Assembly (NCBI GenBank): GCA_965203515.1
Contig: OZ241907.1
Location: forward strand, 704,001 to 768,000
Length of the DNA stretch: 64,000 nucleotides
Direction: 5' to 3'
From: Spirochaetia bacterium
GTDB lineage: Bacteria > Spirochaetota > Spirochaetia > SZUA-6 > Bin103
Part shown: positions 58,510-64,000 of the stretch, one piece after another
How the letters are laid out: every line of letters begins with the position of its first letter
Position numbering within the stretch: position 1 is the first letter of the stretch
The notes under the pieces: generated by a model
Databases searched by the model: none
The model's input: the letters and a program-made list of their open reading frames with translations, nothing else
Told to the model about the DNA's origin: nothing
Program-made: the position numbers and the translations under genes

Positions 58510-59682
58510 TCAGCGGCCGGCCCGGTCGGAGGCTGCGTTGTTCAGGAACGAGCGGATGATCCCGGTCAACCGCTCGCTCTCCAGCAGGAAGGCGTCGTGG
58601 CCGTAGACGCTCTCCAACTCCACGTAGGAGACGTCGCGGCCGACCCTCATCAGCGCGCTGACGATCTCCTTGGACTGGCTGGACGGATAGAGCCAGTCGG
58701 ACGTGAACGAGGCGACCAGGTACTTGGCGCGGGTCCGGGCCAACGCGTCCTGCAGCGAGCCGTACGACTCCGACAAGTCGTAGTAGTCCATCGCCTTGGT
58801 GATGTACAGGTACGAGTTGGCGTCGAAGCTCTCCACGAAGCGGTTGCCCAGGTGCTCCAGATACGACTCCACCTGGAACTCGCCCGACATCTCGTAGGTG
58901 AACGCGGCGCGGTCCTGCAGGGTGCGTCCGAACCGCCGGCCCAGCGACAGCTCCGACAGGTAGGTGATGTGGCCGATCATGCGCGCGATCGCAAGGCCGT
59001 GGGCGGGCGGCTTGCCGCCGTAGTAGTCGCCGCGGTTCCAGGCCGGATCGGACATGATGGCGTTGCGGCCGACGGCGTGGAAGGCGATGCCCTGCGCGGT
59101 GACCGTGGCCGTGGACGCCAGCACGATGGCGGACCGCACCCGGTCGGGGTAGCGGATCGCCCACTCCAGCGCCTGCATGCCGCCCATGGAGCCGCCTGCG
59201 GCGCAGTAGAGCGTCTCGATGCCCAGGTGGTCGAGCAGGAGGCGCTGCGCCTCCACCATGTCCCCGATCGTGATCAGCGGGAAGTCGAGGCCGTAGCGCG
59301 TGCCGTCCGCGCGCGGCGACGACGGCCCGGTGGAGCCGTTGCAGCCGCCGATGAAGTTGGTGCAGATGACGAAGAACCGGTCGGTATCGAAGCCCTTGCC
59401 GGGCCCGATCATGTCGTCCCACCAACCGGGCCGCTTGTCGTCGAGGGAATGGTAGCCGGCCGCGTGGTGGCTGCCCGACAGCGCGTGGAAGATCAGGATC
59501 GCGTTGGAGCGCTCCGCGTCCAGCGTGCCGTAGGTCTCGTAGCGGATGGTGATCGGACCCAGGAGCTTGCCGCTGTCGAGGGTCAGGGCGTCGGGAGGAT
59601 GGGCGAACGTGTGATCGTTCGGGGTGACCAGACCCACGGAGTCGGCCGCGGGTGCCTGCGCCTGCGTCGTGTTCTCCTCCAT
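58510..59682 (-). CDS. metX: Homoserine O-acetyltransferase
   Basis: HALSG, GWWDDMIGPGK, GGSMGGMQ, FDANSY, GHDAFL. Confidence 0.96.
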   Translation of the reverse strand: MEENTTQAQAPAADSVGLVTPNDHTFAHPPDALTLDSGKLLGPITIRYETYGTLDAERSNAILIFHALSGSHHAAGYHSLDDKRPGWWDDMIGPGKGFDTDRFFVICTNFIGGCNGSTGPSSPRADGTRYGLDFPLITIGDMVEAQRLLLDHLGIETLYCAAGGSMGGMQALEWAIRYPDRVRSAIVLASTATVTAQGIAFHAVGRNAIMSDPAWNRGDYYGGKPPAHGLAIARMIGHITYLSELSLGRRFGRTLQDRAAFTYEMSGEFQVESYLEHLGNRFVESFDANSYLYITKAMDYYDLSESYGSLQDALARTRAKYLVASFTSDWLYPSSQSKEIVSALMRVGRDVSYVELESVYGHDAFLLESERLTGIIRSFLNNAASDRAGR

Positions 59683-59722
59683 CTCGCTATCGGTGTACGC
59701 TGCCCGCCTGGAGCGATTGCCA

Positions 59723-60610
59723 TTGTATCAGCGCTTGCTTGAGCGGCGCATCGCCGGTCGGCTGTGGTCGCTGGCGGCCGGCGCCGTGCTGATGACCGCC
59801 GCCTGCGCCACCACGCCGCCGTCCCTGGCGCGCGCCAGCCTCAGCGCGATGCCGGCCGACGTCGACGTGGCGGTGGCCGTGCACGTGGCGGCGCTGCGCG
59901 CGCCGCTGACGGAGGTAGTCCGGGCCGCGGATCTGCCGCTGCCGGAGTGGCTGCTGGAACGGCTGGTGGTGGTGGTAGCCGGCGTCTACGGCGGCGCTGA
60001 GCCGGGATACCTGTTCTGGATGCGGGGCGTGGCGATGGATCCCGGCATGGGTGCGCAGCTTCTGCTGAGTCCCGATTGGTTCTACGTGGAGCGGCCGTAT
60101 CCGCACTATCGATCCGACGATGCCGCCGTGGTGCTGCTGGGCCGTGACTCGCTGGTGATGACCAATCTGCCGCTCGGCCGCGTACAACGCGCGTTCGACG
60201 CCGAGGAGTTCGAACTTCCGGCCGACGTCACGATAGCTCAGCACCCGCTCGACATCCTGCTGGTCATACCCGACCTGACCGGAGCGATCGGCGAGCTGGC
60301 CGCCGACTCCCCGTTGAGCGCGCTGACCGAGTCGTTCCCGGCCGAGTTCACGTGGGTGGCCGGTACCGCGGAGCGCGACGGGCTCCGGCTCTCCGGCGCG
60401 CTCGACACCCCGCACGCGGGCTTGGCGCGGGTGCTGGCGGCGGCGGCCGGCGGCAGTCCGGCGCTGGCCGGCGTTCGACTGCAGGCCGACGGCACCTGGG
60501 TCCGGCTCGACGGCCTGATGCGGTTCGAGCGGGTGATCGACGCGGCGCGCGCCATGCTCGATCCGCAAGGCCCCGATCGGGAGGAGGACGGGGCGGAGGC
60601 CGGTCGGTGA
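59723..60610 (+). CDS. Hypothetical lipoprotein
   Basis: LAAGAVLMTAAC lipobox-like signal; coupled to hisH; start uncertain. Confidence 0.55.
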   Translation: MYQRLLERRIAGRLWSLAAGAVLMTAACATTPPSLARASLSAMPADVDVAVAVHVAALRAPLTEVVRAADLPLPEWLLERLVVVVAGVYGGAEPGYLFWMRGVAMDPGMGAQLLLSPDWFYVERPYPHYRSDDAAVVLLGRDSLVMTNLPLGRVQRAFDAEEFELPADVTIAQHPLDILLVIPDLTGAIGELAADSPLSALTESFPAEFTWVAGTAERDGLRLSGALDTPHAGLARVLAAAAGGSPALAGVRLQADGTWVRLDGLMRFERVIDAARAMLDPQGPDREEDGAEAGR

Positions 60611-61230
60611 GCGTCGCCATCGTCGACTACGCCGCCGGCAACCGCACCAGCGTACGGAACGCGTTGCGCTTCCTGGGCGCCGACTACACCGTGGCGTCCG
60701 ACCCGGAGGCGCTGCTGCAGTCGGAACGGGTGATCTTTCCCGGCGTGGGCGAAGCGCGCGCAGCCATGGACGACTTGGCGCGCCGCGGCATGGACGACGC
60801 CCTGCGCCGGGTGAGCGCTGAGGGGCGGCCGGTGCTCGGCATCTGCATCGGCGCCCAGGTGCTGCTGCAGTACTCGGCGGAGCGCGACACGACCTGTCTG
60901 GGGCTGGTCCGCGGGCGGGCGGCGGCGTTTCCGCAGCCGCGGCCGGGAGACGGGATGAAGGTACCGCACATGGGGTGGAATCAGGTGCGCCAGGACCGCG
61001 GCCACCCGCTGTTCGAGGGCATACCCGACGGCAGCTCGTTCTATTTCGTGCACTCCTTCTACCCGGAGCCGGCCGACGGCGCCCTCGTGCTGGGCACCAC
61101 CGATTACGGGGTGCGCTTCGCGTCGGCGTACGCCGCCGGCAACCTGGCGGCCGTGCAGTTTCACGCCGAGAAGTCGGGGCGCCACGGCCTGCGGCTGCTG
61201 GCCAACTTCCTGGCGTGGGACGGTGCTTGA
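60607..61230 (+). CDS. hisH: Imidazole glycerol phosphate synthase subunit HisH
   Basis: FPGVG, LGICIG, VPHMGWN, YFVHSF, QFHAEKS. Confidence 0.97.
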   Translation: MSVAIVDYAAGNRTSVRNALRFLGADYTVASDPEALLQSERVIFPGVGEARAAMDDLARRGMDDALRRVSAEGRPVLGICIGAQVLLQYSAERDTTCLGLVRGRAAAFPQPRPGDGMKVPHMGWNQVRQDRGHPLFEGIPDGSSFYFVHSFYPEPADGALVLGTTDYGVRFASAYAAGNLAAVQFHAEKSGRHGLRLLANFLAWDGA

Positions 61231-61990
61231 GCGGCGGGTGATCGTATGCCTGGACGTGCGCGACGGGCGCACCACCAAGGGCGTGCGATTCCTGGACAAC
61301 CGGGACGTCGGCGATCCGGTCGCGATGGCGCGTACCTACTACCAGCAGGGCGTCGACGAGTTGGTCTTCTACGACATCACCGCGTCGGCGGAGCGGCGCG
61401 GCATCATGCTGGAGGTCGTGCGCGCCGTGGCCGCGGAGGTGTTCATCCCGTTCGCGGTGGGCGGCGGCATCCGGTCGTTGCAGCAGATGCAGGCGGTGCT
61501 CCTGGCCGGGGCGGAGAAGGTGAGCCTCAACTCGCAGGCGGTCCGCAACCCGCAGATCATCGCCGAGGGGGCGGCGGCGTTCGGCCGCCAGTGCATCGTG
61601 CTGGGCATGGACGCCAAGCGCGATCCGGCGATGCCGAGCGGCTATCGGGTCTACGTCGACGGGCTGCGCACCCCGACCGACCTGGACGCCCTGGAGTGGG
61701 CGGAGCGCGCCGTCGAACTCGGCGCCGGCGAGGTGGTACTCAACGCGATCGACACCGACGGCACGCGCGCCGGCTATGAGCTGACCGTGACGCGGATGCT
61801 CGCCGACCGGCTGCCGGTGCCGGTGGTGGCCTCGGGCGGGGCGGGGCGGGTCGAGCACGTGGCCGACGTGCTGATCGACGGTCACGCCGACGCCGCTCTG
61901 GTCGCCTCCATCGTCCACTTCGGCGCCTGCACGGTGGGCGACATCAAGGAACATCTGGCCGCGCGCGGCGTGCCGGTGCGCATCGACTGA
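61223..61990 (+). CDS. hisF: Imidazole glycerol phosphate synthase subunit HisF
   Basis: CLDV, GDPV, FYDITAS, VGGGIRS, ASGGAG. Confidence 0.98.
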   Translation: MLERRVIVCLDVRDGRTTKGVRFLDNRDVGDPVAMARTYYQQGVDELVFYDITASAERRGIMLEVVRAVAAEVFIPFAVGGGIRSLQQMQAVLLAGAEKVSLNSQAVRNPQIIAEGAAAFGRQCIVLGMDAKRDPAMPSGYRVYVDGLRTPTDLDALEWAERAVELGAGEVVLNAIDTDGTRAGYELTVTRMLADRLPVPVVASGGAGRVEHVADVLIDGHADAALVASIVHFGACTVGDIKEHLAARGVPVRID

Positions 61991-62068
61991 CCGTCTCGAC
62001 GGAGCCGGCTCGCGGCCGGTTGCCGATGCGCGCCGCGCGGCGATACATTGCGCGCCGAACAGCAGCTT

Positions 62069-62437
62069 ATGCCTACCTATGAATACGAATGCGGCGCCTG
62101 CGGGCCGTTCGAACAGTTCCAGCGGATCACCGAGGACCCGCTCGCCGATTGTCCGCGCTGCGGCAGCGCGGTACGGCGGCTGATTTCGAGCGGCACCGGG
62201 GTCATCTTCAAGGGATCGGGCTTCTACTCGACCGACTCGCGCAACGCGGGCAAGGAACAGGGATCGTCATCGGGAGATGGTGACGGCTCCGGCGGCAACG
62301 GCAAGGACGGCGCCGGGACCGACGCGGGCAAGACCGCGACCAAGGGCGATGCGAAGAGCGGCGCCGCGGCGAAGAAGGAGCCGGCCGCAGCCGCTACGTC
62401 GGCAAAGACGGCAAAGGGCTCCACGGCACGGGACTGA
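62069..62437 (+). CDS. FmdB family zinc-ribbon protein
   Basis: [26 protein letters not shown]. Confidence 0.9.
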   Translation: MPTYEYECGACGPFEQFQRITEDPLADCPRCGSAVRRLISSGTGVIFKGSGFYSTDSRNAGKEQGSSSGDGDGSGGNGKDGAGTDAGKTATKGDAKSGAAAKKEPAAAATSAKTAKGSTARD

Positions 62438-63608
62438 GCCGCTCCGCTCCCGGCGCGCTGCCGCCGGCCGCGGCGGCGATCAGATCGTCGGCGTCCAGCG
62501 CTCGCAGGGCGTCGTGCATCCGCGCCGGATCGGGGCGCAGCACCGGATGTTTCGCCGCGAACAGCGTGCAGCAATCGGGATAGGGGAGCGTCGAGGTCTC
62601 GAAGGTGCCGATGGCGCGCGCGGTGCGCACGATCTCCTCCTTGTCCAGGCCGATCAGCGGCCGCAGCACCGGCAACTCGCTGGTGGAGTCGGTGAAGGCG
62701 ATCGCTTCGCCGGTCTGGCTCGCCACCTGCCCCAGGCTCTCGCCGGTGATCAGCGCCGCCGCCCCGGTGCGCCGCGCGACCAGCGTGGCCGCCCGCATCA
62801 TGCACGCGCGCAGGAGCAGGGTCGCGAATCGGTCGGGGGCGCGCTGCTTGATCCGTTCCAGGACCGCCGTGAACGAGATCGCGCAGAGGCGGGCGTCGGG
62901 TACGTAGCGCGCGAGATGATCGGCAAGCCGTTCCACCTTGGCCAGCGCCTCGTCGGACGTGTACGGCCAGGAATGGAAGTAGACGTGGTCGAGCGGCATG
63001 CCGCGCTTGCCCATCAGGTAGCCCGCGACCGGTGAGTCGATCCCGCCGGAGAGCAGCAGCAGTCCGCGGGCGGAGGCGCCGACCGGCAGTCCGCCGCGTC
63101 CCGGCGACGGCGGGCCGTACAGGTAGATGCGGTCGCGTACCTCCACCGACAGCACGAAGCCGGGGGCGCGCACGTCGACGCGGAGCGCGGGCAGGGCGGT
63201 GCGGATCAGGTCGCCCAGGCGACAGGCGATCTGATACGAGGTCTGCGGGTAGTCCTTGTCGCTGCGGCGCGCTTCGATCTTGAAGGTCGGAGCCGTCGCG
63301 GATGCGGCCAGCCGGCCGGCCAGCTCCACGGCGGCCGCGTCCAGCAGGTCCGCGTCGCGGGCGACCATGGCCGCCTCCGCGTACGACACGATCCCGAACG
63401 TGTCGCCCAGGGCGCGCGCCACGGCGGCCGAATCCGCGTAGTCCTCCACGAACAGCCGCCCCCAGGCGCGCCGTACGCGGTGGGCCGTGCCGGCGAGCTG
63501 CCGGTGGATCTGTTCGATCAGCCGTTCCTCGAACTGCCGGCGGTTGGCTCCCTTGAGCGAGATTTCGCCGTACTTGACCAGAAAGACCCGATTGCCCGCG
63601 CCGTTCAT
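62394..63608 (-). CDS. thiI: tRNA 4-thiouridine synthase ThiI
   Basis: [42 protein letters not shown]. Confidence 0.96.
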   Translation of the reverse strand: MNGAGNRVFLVKYGEISLKGANRRQFEERLIEQIHRQLAGTAHRVRRAWGRLFVEDYADSAAVARALGDTFGIVSYAEAAMVARDADLLDAAAVELAGRLAASATAPTFKIEARRSDKDYPQTSYQIACRLGDLIRTALPALRVDVRAPGFVLSVEVRDRIYLYGPPSPGRGGLPVGASARGLLLLSGGIDSPVAGYLMGKRGMPLDHVYFHSWPYTSDEALAKVERLADHLARYVPDARLCAISFTAVLERIKQRAPDRFATLLLRACMMRAATLVARRTGAAALITGESLGQVASQTGEAIAFTDSTSELPVLRPLIGLDKEEIVRTARAIGTFETSTLPYPDCCTLFAAKHPVLRPDPARMHDALRALDADDLIAAAAGGSAPGAERLSPVPWSPLPSLPT

Positions 63609-64000
63609 GTCCGTGCCAACGCCGGCGCCGGCCGGGCGGTGAGCCGGCCGGCCACGTCCCGTATCGCATCCCGCAGCGCGGCAGCGAATGCATCGAGGTC
63701 ATCGGCCGTCGTCGTCGGCCCGATCGACACGCGCAACGCCCCGGCGGCCTGCTCGGCGGGTACCCGCATCGCCTCCAGCACGCGCAGCCGCTTGCGCGAG
63801 CCGGTGGCGCAGGCGGAGCCCGGCGACACGCAGAAGCCGCGGTCGCCCAGCAGGCGCACGGTGACCTCGGACGGCAGGGCGGGCACCGCCAGCTTGAGGA
63901 TGAACGGAGAGAACCGCGGGTCGCGCGGCCCGCGGTCGGCCGGGATCGTCACCGCGCCCGGGATCGACCGGACGCGGTCGATCAGGCGCGCCATGGCCGC
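63605..64000 (-). CDS. Cysteine desulfurase family protein (3' part only)
   Basis: VSPGSAC, ALRVSIG; upstream of thiI; runs off the window. Confidence 0.85.
   Translation of the reverse strand, partial: AAMARLIDRVRSIPGAVTIPADRGPRDPRFSPFILKLAVPALPSEVTVRLLGDRGFCVSPGSACATGSRKRLRVLEAMRVPAEQAAGALRVSIGPTTTADDLDAFAAALRDAIRDVAGRLTARPAPALART

Noticed and set aside
56741..59425. 894-aa ORF suggesting a MetX/MetW-SBP fusion
   Set aside because: The upstream part is an off-frame read through metX/metW; the SBP has its own RBS and start at 57844.

Overview
High-GC bacterial window. The infC-rpmI-rplT-zapB-zapA and PilZ-tsaE-tsaB gene order suggests a spirochaete, and the repeated Uma2, AAA and PhyH genes recall sponge-symbiont genomes (both inference). 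Two housekeeping blocks (about 18.5-39.3 kb: xylA, sugar enzymes, MrfAB-like helicase/nuclease, GH3, tsaBE, translation genes; about 56.7-64 kb: ABC SBP, metWX, hisHF, thiI, cysteine desulfurase) alternate with two accessory/defence regions (about 1-18.5 kb and 39.4-56.7 kb). The best candidate system is a five-gene operon at 14461-18488: double ubiquitin-like protein, Cys-free E2-like protein, JAB-E1 fusion, ABC/AAA ATPase and PIN-like nuclease. It sits between 18-bp direct repeats that copy the 3' end of xylA, with no integrase in the window. At least four other cargo segments are also bounded by duplicated gene ends. Most toxin/nuclease genes in the accessory regions are broken (internal deletions, frameshifts), usually beside intact partners. 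Also present: an IS66 (8-bp TSD) splitting a DUF1156 methyltransferase, an IS3 (3-bp TSD) splitting a lipoprotein gene, an orphan NHLP RiPP precursor and an orphan DrmMI/type IIG-like methylase. Family calls come from motif recognition, not database searches.
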